A stretch of 64,000 nucleotides of DNA from Podarcis gaigeae (Eukaryota). The notes below the pieces were generated by a model, which was not told where the DNA came from, did no database searches, and saw only the letters and a list, made by a program, of their open reading frames with translations. Numbering within the stretch: position 1 is the stretch's first letter; each line of letters starts with the position of its first letter. This document shows, in pieces, positions 1-13,400 of the stretch. The DNA lies in NCBI GenBank assembly GCA_964106915.2, contig OZ066916.1. The stretch is one strand, 5' to 3'. The position numbers were made by a program, and so were the translations under genes.

Positions 1-3000
1 TGCAAAACTCTTTCCTTATTTTGATCATTTCCTAAAGCATCGTTTCTGTCCGCTCTTGTCATGTTGCACAGCCAGACTCCTGAGTGCTGCAAGCAAAGTG
101 CAGAAGAGATGCTCTTGAAGCCTGGACATGCTAATCCGTTTGCTCCAGTCCCCTTTGTTCATCCTTAAACCACAAGCTGCTAATTTGCTGCCATCTCGCT
201 TCTCAGTGTGCCTGCTCTGCTGAAGACACTTCTTTCAGTTCTGTGATGTTCTGCTCCCAGAAACTGCTGAAGCACAACTGCTGCCAATTTAATATTATGT
301 TGCACTGACAGGAAATTTAAACCAATTGTTTGCATAGTTGTTGCTGAGTCGGGAAGTCCTTGGAGCCAACCTTGGCTCCTTCTCCTGCACAGAGTGCTTT
401 TGAATATTCCATGCTGCATAAACAAATGTTTAAGAGCCATCTGTCCTTCATTTATACAGGGTGTGCCCATATGGATCAGTCTGATATCAGCAGCGTGCTG
501 GTGAATAGCTGCCCCCACCTAGCCATCCATACTGTTGTGCAATTGGTTATCCACTATCCCTGGTCTTCTAGGGAATGGGTAGAGAATCTGTAGCCCTCCA
601 GATGTTGTTGGACTCCAGCACCCATCAGCTTTGGCCATCACAACCAATTATTGGGAATGATGGGATTTGTAGTCCAACAACTTCTAGAGCAGCCTTTCTT
701 AGCTTTGGTTCCCCAGATGTTATTGGACTACAACACCCATCATCCCTAGATAGCAGGACCAGTGATAATAGATAATGGGGGTTCTAATCTAACAACATAT
801 GGCTGAGAAAGACTGTTTTCTACAGGGTCACAGGTTTGCCACTCCTGTTCTAGGGGGCATAGCTGAAGGGGGCATGCGGATCCCATATAGCTTTGATTCA
901 CATTGCACAAAAGGCCTATCATGTGCTACTATTATGAATCAAAATTCTTGTTTAGAAAGGCCCAGAGAAAATATAACTTCTGGGAAGAAAAGAATCAGGA
1001 GGCTCACTTCCAGTCCAGTGCTGCTGTGGATTACCCTGTTGGGTTATACTAAGGGCAGGGGTACTGCCCTCTCTTCTTCTTTTTTGTGAGGGGGAAGAAT
1101 TATTGTGGGTGCTCCTGGGTGATAGCAGGAAACTCCAGGAGTAGGGAGCATGTCATTTTGTTCCACCTTTATTGGGAATCTCAGATGAGATACTCACACA
1201 ATGGAAGTTGCTCCCAGTACAGTCACAACATGGAAGCAGAGAAAGGTTCAGATAGTTTACTGCTGCAGAAGATAAGGCTCAGTAAAACAGTTCTGGACAT
1301 AGATATTTACAGCTTGTAGACTTTTGCAGATACAGCTACATACAAGTACAAAGTACCACTGTTGCTCTAAATAAGTTTAGCAACTCAAGACATAGCACTG
1401 GGCAAGTAACACTGACACTACTGAGATGACATGCATTAATCACAGATACAGTCAGGTCACTGGGCTGTTACCATAGCAACTGGCTTGGCTGATGATGCAC
1501 CTGTGATTAGCTCATCCATGGGGTGATTTACGCTCATGAAGGAAGTTATCCCCTTATCAGGCCCAGTTATTCCAACAACCTTTTACTGCTATCTCAAATT
1601 GGGGGAGGGGGGCAACAGCAGAAGTGAAAGTGCTGCTTTTACCTAGAAATACAGAGAACATGACCGTCTTTGCTGTATTTCTGTATTTTGGATCTGCTAG
1701 GAGTTATTATGGTTCCCATATGCTACTTGTTTCATTTATATTATCTAATTGTTTTCTGCTGCTTTAAAATGTTCATTTTTTATGTGTGTGTGTTTATATT
1801 ACAAACTGCTCAGATATTTCTTATAAATATGGAGCAGTTTATAAGTTACTTAAATAAAGAAAATCATTTAAAAAAGGGTGGTGTTATTATTATTTAAAAT
1901 GTTGTTGTTTAAAATTTTCTGTCCTGTCCTTCCTTCTAAAAACAGTGACAGATAACAAAATGGTAAAAATGCAATTAAAATAAAATAAAAGGGTGGCATT
2001 CAACTAAGTTTTGCTTAGAGTAGACCATTGACATGAATGGCATGTTCATTAATTTCAGTGCATCCGTTCTGAGTAAAATGTAGTTGAATACCACCCAAAA
2101 TGTCTAAACAGAGTCCCACACCCTGTCAGTTAATAACGTCAAGGCTGAAGTAGAGCCCATATTAAAACTGAGCTAAAGGTTCAGTCAATACACATTTAAG
2201 CCTTTGTCATGGGAGGAGTTACAGCTCATAGCTCCGGCTGGCAATTAGTTTTGATAGCAAGTCAGCTTGAGTAGGATGCTGCAAAGCTCTCCCCAAATTG
2301 CATTCTGGCAAATTCAGCCAGTATTCTCATGCCCCCCATCCTCATTTTCCTCTCTGCCTTCTGCATTGCTTGGAGTGCTTTCGGGGGGGAGCGAGAGACA
2401 GGAAGATGCAAGCAGGTGATGGAGGAAGCCTGACCCACCTCATGACTTGAAAGGTTAAACTTGACAGTCATTAACCGAGCCTTAATTCCCCTGACAACTC
2501 TTAATGAACATGAAAATTTCAATCCCTTGTCACAGATATATGACCAAGCAGATCATCCACCCTTGATTGGGAATTAATTATCTCCTTCAAGCACTCCCTG
2601 TTGCCTCTAGGTGGTGCTTGTGCATCAATTTTCGCTTTTAATTGTTACTATTAGCAACAGTCCTTGAGAATACAGGTCAGAAGCAGTGAAGCTAAGGATC
2701 ACGTCACATATGAACATTGGGCTTGCACACAGATAAAACTCCATGTACGGGAAATTGTGTACACCGCCACTTGTGAATAGAATTTTAAGTATATAACTTG
2801 CTACAAATAATGGCTAGGAGGCCGCTGTGTGCATTTGAGAAGCATTGTGCCTTTAGAGGCCTTCCAAATAACAGCTTTCTTTCTCAAAATGAAATAACAC
2901 AAAGAGAAAATTCAGTTAAAGACTCTTTTCTGAATGTATTGATCTAGGCAGGATGTTCTGACCTGTGTCTTTGGAAGGCAGGGGCAAATGAAAGCAAGGA

Positions 3001-6000
3001 CTTAAACGAGAGCCTAGAGGAAAGTAAACACTGAGTGCTGGACTATGACTTGGATTCAAATCCCCACTCAGACATAAAGCTTTCTGGGTAATCTTGGATG
3101 ATTCACTCTCTCAAGATGGGCCAGCCCAAGACATTTTGGCACCTGAGGTAAACCGCAAAGCGGTATCTCCACACACTATGGAAGAAGGAATGAGTGAAGA
3201 TCAACACTAGGAACAAGCGTGGAATAAAGATCTACATCAGGAACAAGCATGGGTGGGTTGAAGTGGGAATTAAAGACTGTTGTCGGGCAGAAAGGGGCCT
3301 GCTCTGAATCCTGCTTAGAAGGTGAAGAGCCCAGGAGACCCCACCTGCCATTTCCTCCTTAGGACTGGGAGGAGACCAGCAGTGCCTCCTATTTGCCAAG
3401 AGGCCACTAGAGGCAGCATTGTGGGTGCTGCTTGAAGCAGCAGCTTCTGGCCTCCAAGGAGCTCACCACAGCTGTTGTAGCCCTGTGAATTCTGCTGCCT
3501 GAGGTGGTTGCCTCACCTTGCCTCACAGGTGGGACAGCCCTGCTCTCAAACTAACACCACAGGGTGGTTGTAAGGAGAAGGATGGATGACCTTTGGCCCT
3601 CCAGATGTTGTGGTTGGACTACAGTTCCCATCCTCTGGAGCGGATAGAAGTTGATGTCCAACAATGTACGGAGGGCCACAGTTTCCTCATCTCTGCTGCA
3701 AGGTTAATCTTGGGTGGAGGGTATAGAGAGAAATCTTGCACAATGCCTCAAGTTCCTTGGAAGACAGGCAGGATAGATGTGGACAGGGAAGGAGAGTAGG
3801 GGCATATAGGATGTAAACTGGGTGTGCTTTTGTAGAGAAGATTCTATCCACTTCATCTGAAGCCTGAAACAAACTGAAAAGACAGCTGGTTAAGACACAG
3901 AGGTACCCTGGCTGATAAAGTATGTTGAAAAGATAAGATCTCTGTCATTCCAACCCACATGGAGGTGAAAAATTCACCTCTTTCAGAAGCCCTTTTCCTT
4001 GGAAGCAGTGCCTTGGTGCAGTATTTACACTTCTTTACAGCCTACGTTCTTACAGCCTGCTTAAACTTCATTGGAAATGACAAATCTCCCTGCTTTCGAC
4101 CAGTAACAGGCCTGTGATTTGCAGAGGATTTGATCACTGTGCTCATGTTTTGAGCCTGTAGGTTTGGGGAGAGAAAATGAGCTTTTAATGGTGGGAAACT
4201 TCCCCATGAGATAAGGAAACACGACAAAATCCAATAAAGCTCACAGAGACTATAAAAGCAATATAAACAGCTAGGAGTGGGCGTATGGTTTGGAGTGGGT
4301 AGTCCGCTTAGGCAGTGCTCAGAGTAATAATGTCTTTGTGCTCATAATGACAGAAACCATAACAAATTGGGATTATTAGGATCCCTTCAGAGGTTATGGA
4401 AAACACATGGGGGAGGGGAACCATGAACTCAGTGCTCCTGGTTGCTGGTCAAGTAGGAGGAAAATAAGCTCTGAGGAAACCTCTAATGCTGCAGTCCTAC
4501 ACCTCATGGTGTAAGGTTGTTGAACTCCAGCTTCTGTTATCTTCAACCATTGGCCATGCTGCCTGGAGCTTATGGGAGCTAGGTTTCCTCCAAAGTGGTG
4601 TTTCATTTTTGCAGGTGCATTTAGTGGTGGTTTTATACTGGACTGTCCATTCATCACCATTTTATTAGTTGTTCTGCAATGCTTTCCCCAATTACGAGGT
4701 GGAGGGGCATGTTTGTGTTAGAGTGCATCAAAAGCATGATGAGTGTGTGTTTGTGTGTGTGTGCACGCACACACACACACACATTTGTATTATGGAAAGT
4801 TAGAGGATTTAAGTAGCAAACTACAGGTTATGCACTGATTGAAAATGAAGCAGCCTGTCTGCCCTGAATCTTTTACAGGCACAAACAGCATTGCAAGCTG
4901 GATTGTGTATACCACCGTGAGCACAAATCAGTATGCATGCACAACACAAAGGATATATGGAGGGGTCCTTGTTGTCCAACATTGGGTGGGTCACAGGTGC
5001 CCCATCTCTGCTGAGTAAGTCCCATTGAACTCAATGTACAGGATGGCACTGTATGAAATTAAGTAACTAAGATCCTTCCCCCAACCACCACCATCAACAA
5101 GGCCACCACAACATCTTCTTGCAACTGCCACTTTCATCAGTCTCTGGGCTGCTCAAAGGCAGATTTTCCCCAGAAGGCTGCTCTGTCTACTGAAGGCCCC
5201 ATGCATGCTTTTAAAGAAATCAGGACTTTCTTTTCTTTTCTTTTTTTAAAGGTAAAGGTCCATTTGCAATTGAGTGCCCATACCAAAGACCTTGTTTTGA
5301 GAGCACTTCCTTCGAAAACTGAGGTTTGGGGCTTTGATAGTTCTATTGTTCTGTATGTTGTATAACTGGCAACGGTAGCAATTCAACAAATTGCAGGGAA
5401 AAGCTAATTGTGTGAATCATTTCTCAAGAGCATTATAGGATCATAATGCCAAGGTTGACTGTCTGAGAATTCAATTTCACAGACTTATTTCCTGCTTTTA
5501 ACTTCAATCGTTAAGTGTGTTTTCCTCACAATACAGGATTTAGTTGAAGGTGAGTCTGAACAAGGTACATTTGGGTGTTTCAACAAGAGACTCAACCTTT
5601 GCAGCTTATTTGCTTCTCTCTGAGATGCAGTCCTGGAGATAAATATCCCAAGTCTTTGGGAGTGGGAGAGATTGTTTCTGTGCCCATAAGGGCTGGGTGG
5701 AAAACTTAGACCAGGGTAGCCAACGTGGTGTCCTCCAGATGCAGCTAGTCTTCAACTCCCAGCAGCTGTAGCCAGCTTGGCTAGGGGTCACAGATCTGAA
5801 AGGTGCTATGTTGACTATCCCTTAGATCTTCTCCTTTAGACAATGATCATCTAAAACCCTTAATGATTTAGGTTATCCAAAGGACAGCCTTTATCCATGC
5901 CAGCCTACCAATATTTTGAGTTCAGCTCTGGTTGTGTGCTGCTCACTGATGTGATCAATTAGGTTGGCAAGTATGAATGACAGGGCCTTCTTAGCACTGA

Positions 6001-7034
6001 TTCCACGCTTGTAGAATTCTGTTCCAACTGAGGTATATGCAGCCTCATCACTACAGGCCTTCAGACAGACTCTAAATGCACATCTGTTTATAACCATTTT
6101 TTTAAAAAAAGAAGTTATTGTGTTGCTGATCTGAATTGGTGCTAAAATAGTTCAAACTATCTGATTTAATCCTACTATTTCAGATTCCCTGAATGGGTGG
6201 ACAAACTACCCCAAAGGAGCATGACATGTCCCCCACCAGAGGTACTACCTCTCCCTTAACACCCCTAACGCCCCAAGGTTGTGTCTGACATGACTAAACC
6301 AGGTGAGGGTAGCCTATGGGTCTCAAAGTCTTGGAGGGTTAGGGACTTCCCCTGCATGCAAAGACAGGCTCTGGCAGATGAAGCCAGTAGTAGGCTGAAT
6401 GGTAAAGAAGGCGGTTTCTGCATGTGCTGTAGAGGGAAGTGAGGGGCAGGTGGGGCTCATCAGCCTGGGAAGGTAGCCCATGATCTAGGAGAAGGAAAAC
6501 TCTGATCCTAAACCTCTGCTGCTTTGCAGGATATCTTTGGGAGAATAGAAGGCTAAGGAGTAAACCCTACACAAATCCAGCATGGAGTCCCTAAGATGGT
6601 TGAATGGTGTCTTGTGTGCCTCCTTCTGGCAACTCCTGCAGCTAAACTGGTGCGAAACATATTGCTCTGCTTTCCTTTGGACCACATCAGCAAGGCAGTC
6701 TTGTCATTTGGGCAGCCCATACACACTGCCCAGGCTTGCACCTTATTCTCCATGAATTGGTCTGATCTTCTTCTAAAGCCACCCAGGTTTGCCACCGCAA
6801 CTCCTTCTTTGAGTGAGAACATTCCACAGTTTAACTATGTGCTTTGTGAAGGAGCACTTTCTATGGGCTGTCCTGAATCGTCCAGCAAGCTTTACTCCCC
6901 TTCACCTTGTCTGGCTTGTTTCCCTACCTGCAAAAGTCTCAGTTCTCCTATACACATCTTAAAATTCAACAGTTGACTAGAAAGCTAGTATCTGCTCCTC
7001 GTACAAAGGGAGGATACTGAATAAATGCTACAGC

Positions 7035-7234
7035 CACTGGAATATTCCCTTTCTCTGCCTTTCGCTTCCATCGTCGTGACCCTTTCCCTCTTGTGTACAT
7101 ATTTACCTTTGAATGTTTCCTCCTTCTTTGAGGGTGTTGCACTGCGTAATGTGCTTGCTCATTCCACCCTCACCTGGCCACACTTCCCACCTTGCATTTA
7201 GGCTTTAAGACCTGCTGTGTCCTTCTGCCTCGCT
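7035..7234 (+). promoter_or_regulatory. Putative CAPN8 proximal promoter / 5' UTR
   Basis: Repeat-free, non-CpG-island sequence upstream of the ATG. It carries GGAATATTCCC (NF-kB-like), TATTTAC (FOXA-like), CTTTGAA (TCF-like), TGCGTAAT (C/EBP-like), CCACCC/CCACAC (KLF-like) and a weak TTTAAG. The TSS cannot be determined. Confidence 0.45.
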
Positions 7235-7471
7235 ATGGCAAACGTGGCGATTAAATTGGCCAGGGAGAAGGAAGCCCTGAAAGGCCTGGGCTCCAACCAG
7301 AATGCCGTGAAATACTTAAAACAGGATTTTGAAGCTCTGAAGAGGCAGTGCTTGCAGTCTGGCACTCTCTTCAAAGACGAGGAATTCCCCGCCTGCCCTT
7401 CTGTTCTTGGCTACAGGGATCTGGGGCCTTATTCACCCAAAACTCAGGGCATTATCTGGAAACGACCTCCG
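7235..7471 (+). CDS. CAPN8: CAPN8 coding exon 1 (anchor helix, start of protease core)
   Basis: ATG at 7235, [13 protein letters not shown]...IIWKRPP, donor CCG|GTAAGA; 237 nt. Confidence 0.95.
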
Positions 7472-10400
7472 GTAAGATTTTTACATTGTGTTCATAATCA
7501 GTCAGGTTCAGATAACATTTCATTCATCCAAGTGTCATCTTCAGACTCACAAGGATTGTAATAGTATGCAAAAAAGCAAAGAAGAAATCCAAATTATTAT
7601 ATAGTCATTTTACTTTGAACCCTAGATAGAGTTTCTTTTAATGTTTCTCTAGTGGCCATCACCTTGATCTTGCAGATGTAAACAAGAATAGAAATGCTGA
7701 AGTTTCTTCTCCAATGGTTTGTCCTTTCAGGACTGATAAGGTTGTCAACCAGAGCATCTAAAATCAGGGATGCTTTTGAGGTGGCAATATCTGGATTAAG
7801 GGACATTTAACATATTGCATGGAAATATAGTGGGTGAAAATTAGAGCCATTTATTATGTTCTTGAGATTGTGGTGGTCTGGAATAAGGGACATCTGGCAA
7901 CATTCAGTGTTGAGAATGCCTGGAAACATATTCTTTGGCGATTTCCTTCTGCTAATTTCTGAGGTTTTAATAAGCTTAAACTTCGCTGTGCTATTAGAGA
8001 TACTGTTTCAAAGGCACATTGATGGCACATTAACTGTCAAAACGGGGAGGGAAAACCTTTCTGTGTGTGTATCATTTTTGCAGGTTTTTAGATGTAATTC
8101 CATTCTGCTCTGTTTCTACATTAGTCTTCAAATCCTCTGAAAATACTGTTTAAATATGTATTTAATGCATTTCCCTCTTGTTAAATTAGTATTTTCTCTC
8201 AAAATATTTATCCCCTTTTTCTTTCAAAGCATGTATTTAGACTGCAATCCTTTACCTATTTTATTGAGAGTAAGTTCCATTGAACTCAGTGAGGCATCTT
8301 TCTGAGTGGGCTTATCATCTTGTCCCACTGATTTCTCCCACCCCCAAGGAAAGCCATACATTAGCACTCAGAGCACATGACAATCGGGTTTTTTTGTGGA
8401 TTGCCATTTGTTAAAGAGCTGGTTTTCCCCGGGAAAGGAGTGGCGCAAGGGGGCAACAGCTCAGACCCGAACTTTCTAGGCACGGGGCAAGCTTAAGTGT
8501 GGACAAGCCCTGTATCACAACTACTGAGAACTGCACCCCAACCTTGGGAGGAATGCAAAATCTGGTGGACAGCAAAGTTCTGATCCCATTAGTCCACGAG
8601 CTGCAGATCAGGCCATTTTGTTTGCGCATTTGCAAGACCGCATACTATTCCTATTTCAAAGCCAGATTGCAAAAGAAATGAAAGTAGCTTAAAAAACCAA
8701 ACTCTCTTTAATAATACAGTGGTACCTTGGGTTACATACGCTTCAGGTTACATACGCTTCAGGTTACATATGCTTCAGGTTACAGACTCCGCTAACCCAG
8801 AAATAGTGCTTCAGGTTAAGAACTTTGCTTCAGGATGAGAACAGAAGTCACAGCAGCAGCAGGAGGCCCCATTAGCTAAAGTGGTGATTTGGTTAAGAAC
8901 AGTTTCAGGTTAAGTATGGACCTCCGGAACGAATTAAGTACTTAACCTGAGGTACCACTGTATTTACCTTTTTTTTTTTTGCCAAGTACATTCCCCCCCC
9001 AATGTTCTTTTCAATCGCTTTCCTTTGACTTCAATTTCATTGTCTTTTCCTTCTCTTGATTCTCTCGCACAGTTTCGTAGATCACATAAACATAGGAAGC
9101 TGCCTTTTACTGAGTCAGACCATCGATCCATCTTGCTCAGTATATACTAACTGGCAGTACTACATTTCAGATGAAGGAGAGTCACTGTTCTTCCTGGACC
9201 AATGCTGAGAATTGGGCCTGGGAACTTTTGCATGCAAAGCCACTGAGCCCTTCTTCTAAGTTTCTTTATGTGTGCACGGCAATGTGAAATGTCATGAGGT
9301 CTGGCTGAAAGCCATTCCTAATCTTCTCTTTCGTTTTGGAAGCATTTTCAGATAGTGCAGAGGTCTCTTGTCAACAGCAGGGTGGATGGAATGGGGTGTG
9401 TGTGTCTTCAGTTGCCTTCATAAAGTTTACTGTTCAGTGAAATTGCATATGCAGTTTTTACTACATTTTTTAATGAAACAATCAAGGAACAAACACCTCC
9501 TTAGAAAGGCTTTTACTCTCCAGGCACTTAAGAAAGATTTGAATGCAATGTGAATGAAGAACAGAACAATAAAAAACATGCGACTGTTTCTCAGGAAAGC
9601 AGTTGCAGCTTATTTTCTGTATTGTTGTGTGCCTCCCCAATCTCTGAGCTGTATGGGGTTCCAAGCATTTATCCAGGCTTCGGAATTCCTTCTGGAAATG
9701 AGGCACAGTGGAAATGGGGGTGTCTTTGTGATACATAGGTTATTTACACATATATACAACCTGAGCCTACGATGGAGGGGGTCATGGCATGAACACCCCA
9801 AGACGGCCTTGTTTTTCTCACAGCTGCAGCCCTGCAGATGACCCTGACCACTGGGCTGTTATCAGCGTAATCAGTATTCTAATGCTGGTTCTTACTGTGT
9901 TATGTTGTATTTTAACTACAGCGGTACCTTGGGTTACATACGCTTCAGGTTACAGACGCTTCAGGTTACAGACTCTGCTAATCCAGAAATATTGCTTCAG
10001 GTTAAGAACTTTGCTTCAGGATAAGAACAGAATTTGGGCTCCAGCAGCGTGGCAGCAGCAGGAGGCCCCATTAGCTAAAGTGGTGCTTCAGGTACTCTTT
10101 CTGGTTTAGTGGAGTCTGTAACCTGAAGCGTATGCAACCCGAGGTACTACTGTAGTGGTGGTGACAGTCCTGGGAGCGAGGACCTTCAGAATTGTAGTGC
10201 AGAGAAATAGTCATTATTTTGCAACACTGCTGAGGATTCCAAATTTCAGTTTCGATATCATTTTTTAGAATAAGACAGAATGTCACATCAAAAGAAATAT
10301 TTTCATGAGCCCTTTGTTTCTTAGAAAGTAAAATAATGAGAACTTACGCACCTGCCTACAATTATGTGAACCATTATGCTGAATAGACAAAGAATGCAAG

Positions 10401-13400
10401 CTTATGCATGTTTCCTCAAATGTAATACCCACTGTGTACAGTGGAGCTGACTCCTAGGTAAGTATGCATAGAATTGCAATTTTAAGAATGTGTGCTGATC
10501 ATTATTTTTAACCTCAACAAATCAACCAGAGCTTAATTTTTCAATTATCTTGATGTTTTAAGCGGTGTCATCAATGATGCTCTGGTCTTTTTGTTAGAGT
10601 GGCTCAGCTGAATTCCTGATCTGGAACTTATGTAGAAATAATTGAGCTTTCCACCCCAATAATGAATCTGAAAGCATTACTGCAGAACAGTCTTAAAACT
10701 AGTTACAATTAAATATTACAAAGTAACAAAGTAACACATTGCACTCAAGTAGCAAGCAATCAGTTCAGTCCAAGAACTTCTGTCTTTGATACCAGATTCC
10801 ATTAGGTTGGAAGCTCCTTCTCCCAACCAACATGCTATAGAAGCCAACTTCTAGGGGTTGTGGGGACTTCAGCCCCCACAATAAAATATTTGAGGGGGCC
10901 AGGCCCCCACAAAGTTGATGTGCATTGCCATTCAAATAGTGTGTGTGTCATGTGATCGCTTATGCAGAGCGGGGCTTACCTGGGCCCCCACAATATTTTA
11001 TTCCAGTTGGTACCCCTGCAACATGCTGATTAGGTAGGTTCACATTTAAATGCAAAACCAGAATGGAATTTCTCTCCCAATCTTAGCAGAGGTAATTGTG
11101 ATAACCATTTAGTGCATTTGAGCAGCACTGAATTTGTAGGAAGAGCTCAGTTTCAGTGGAAATCTGCAGGTGACGAAGATGCTAAAGCATCACAAGTTAG
11201 GTACAGGATTTTGAGAAATGGTGTGCATGCAAATGTAATATTTAATTCATTTTTGTTTTCAGGAGCTAGTCCCCAACCCTCAGTTCATTGTGGGAGGAGC
11301 CACTCGTACAGATATTTGTCAAGGGGAACTGGGTAAGTAACTGAATAGCACTCCCCCTTGCTGTCTTCTGTGGTGTTAGGGGAAGGAGGGAACCATCACA
11401 AACACCAAACCATACATGTTTTAATTAGATGTACAAAGGTGAGTGCAAAGCTCCAGATAAGTCGAGCAAATAAATATCAAAGAAACAATATGAATCTAGG
11501 ACGTAAAACATGTCACTTGAACCCGAACTTTATTGCTTCTTTTGCACATGCCCCCCAATGACTAGTCTAGGAAGCTGAGGCAGGTTTCACCCTCATTTTC
11601 ATCTTCTGTCAGGCTTTTTCTTTTTTCATTCATTCAAAATTAGACGCCCTGTCTAATTTAGAGGAATAAGAGACAGGCTGTCTCTAAGGGTTTCTTTCAT
11701 TAAACTTTGTCTCTTTGTCAATAACAAAAATTAGTGGAAATATCAGCCTGGCAACTCTCAAGAGAACTTGAAAGACTCAGGATGCTTTCCATATATTGTA
11801 CAAACAACCTGCTTTTTATTATTATTATTATTATAAAAAAAAACAACAGAACACACCAGCAAAAGAAAAGCTTAGCCTTAAAAGCTTTGCCTTAAATGCA
11901 GAATCACATCCATAATCTTTCAGAATAACATGGTTTAAAGTGGATCTTCAAAGGCTGTTTGCCTCTGTACACATAGGTTAATACTCCTGCTAAAGCTTTC
12001 AAATGCCAAGGGCCCTTTTAAAAAACATTATTTTACAGCGCATGCCATTTAAAATAAGTTTAAATTTCTGTATCCTTGCCACATGTACTTGTTGAATGCC
12101 TTAAAGTGTAACAAATCAGCAAGCCCATTTGAAACACAGGGCAAGTTCCTTATGGCGGTGACAGAAATGAGACGTTTCCATAATTTGACAGCAACAAAAG
12201 CATTAATAGGTTCATATGCTACAATGTCCAATTCTCCCATTGAATCTGATTCTTCCAGGAGACTGCTGGCTTTTGGCAGCTATCGCATCTCTCACATTGG
12301 ATCAAGAAATTTTAAGCCGAGTTGTTCCCAAAGATCAGAGCTTCCAGAAGAACTACGCTGGGATTTTTCACTTCCAGGTATCTCTTCCATATTATTTATA
12401 GAGTAGGAGACACTTAAGCAAAAGTAGTCAACAATGTAAAACCAGAATCATGTCCTGGAAAAGGCAGAAGGACTTTGCCCATCATGTGTTTGCATACTTT
12501 TCTGTGTGTATAGTATAGGCAAGATATAAACCAAGCAGAAACTGTTTCTTCTCTCCAACCTCAGCCAGATATTCCAGCTCTCTATATGACTTCACTCAGC
12601 AAACTTAAACATTATTTGTACAAGAAAAGATAAAGCATTGTGTAAAAAGTGGTTAGCTATGCCTCATGATTTTATATGTTGAATCCAGCTTGAAGCGCCT
12701 TTGATGGCCTGATATTCAATACGTGAGCTTTCCATCTCCCCCCTTTTTTTGGTCAGTTCTGGCAGTACGGAGAGTGGGTGGACGTTGTTGTGGATGACCG
12801 GCTCCCCACCAAAAATGGGCAGCTCCTTTTCCTGCACTCTGAAGAAGGCAGTGAGTTCTGGAGTGCCCTGTTGGAGAAGGCCTATGCCAAGTAAGCAAAT
12901 GATTCTTAGATTTTGCTCAATGGAGGCAGCTGTCATGAGGCCTATCAGTCACAGTCTACCTTCTGCACAGTGCCTAATGCTACCAGTGAATTTTTCACTG
13001 GGTGAAATATAGGGCTGTAGTCAACAGTGTTGCTCAGCTGATGGTAAGGTTTTCATCACTTGAATGTCAGTTTTCATTTCTTAATGCAGAAAGTATTGAT
13101 TTGATGTGTAGAGGTCTTTCCTGTTCTAATTAATTCAAGAAGTTTCCAGAAGCTTCTCTGTGTGAAAGCAACTAGCAGAAAGGTTCATGATGTTTGGGTT
13201 ATACCTTCAGAGAAGCTGTCTTAAACTGGTTCTGTTATCTCTTCTGTCAAGGTCATGCTGACTATAATAAGAGGCCAGAGGAGCCTGGGTTTCACTTTCA
13301 CTTTCTATCTCTCTTCCTTCTGGTGTGGTGTTCTGCACATAGCATTAAGGTTTAGTCTTATTATAAGTTATTGTAAGTTTAAGTTAAGACTGCTGGAACT

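Noticed and set aside
1-7000. Exons of a neighbouring calpain (CAPN2) upstream
   Set aside because: No calpain-like translation or CpG-island first exon on either strand. The ORFs at 180-518 and 6596-6976 look spurious or repeat-derived.
8730-8790. Short direct repeats resembling a CRISPR array
   Set aside because: They are contiguous with no spacers and lie inside a eukaryotic MITE.
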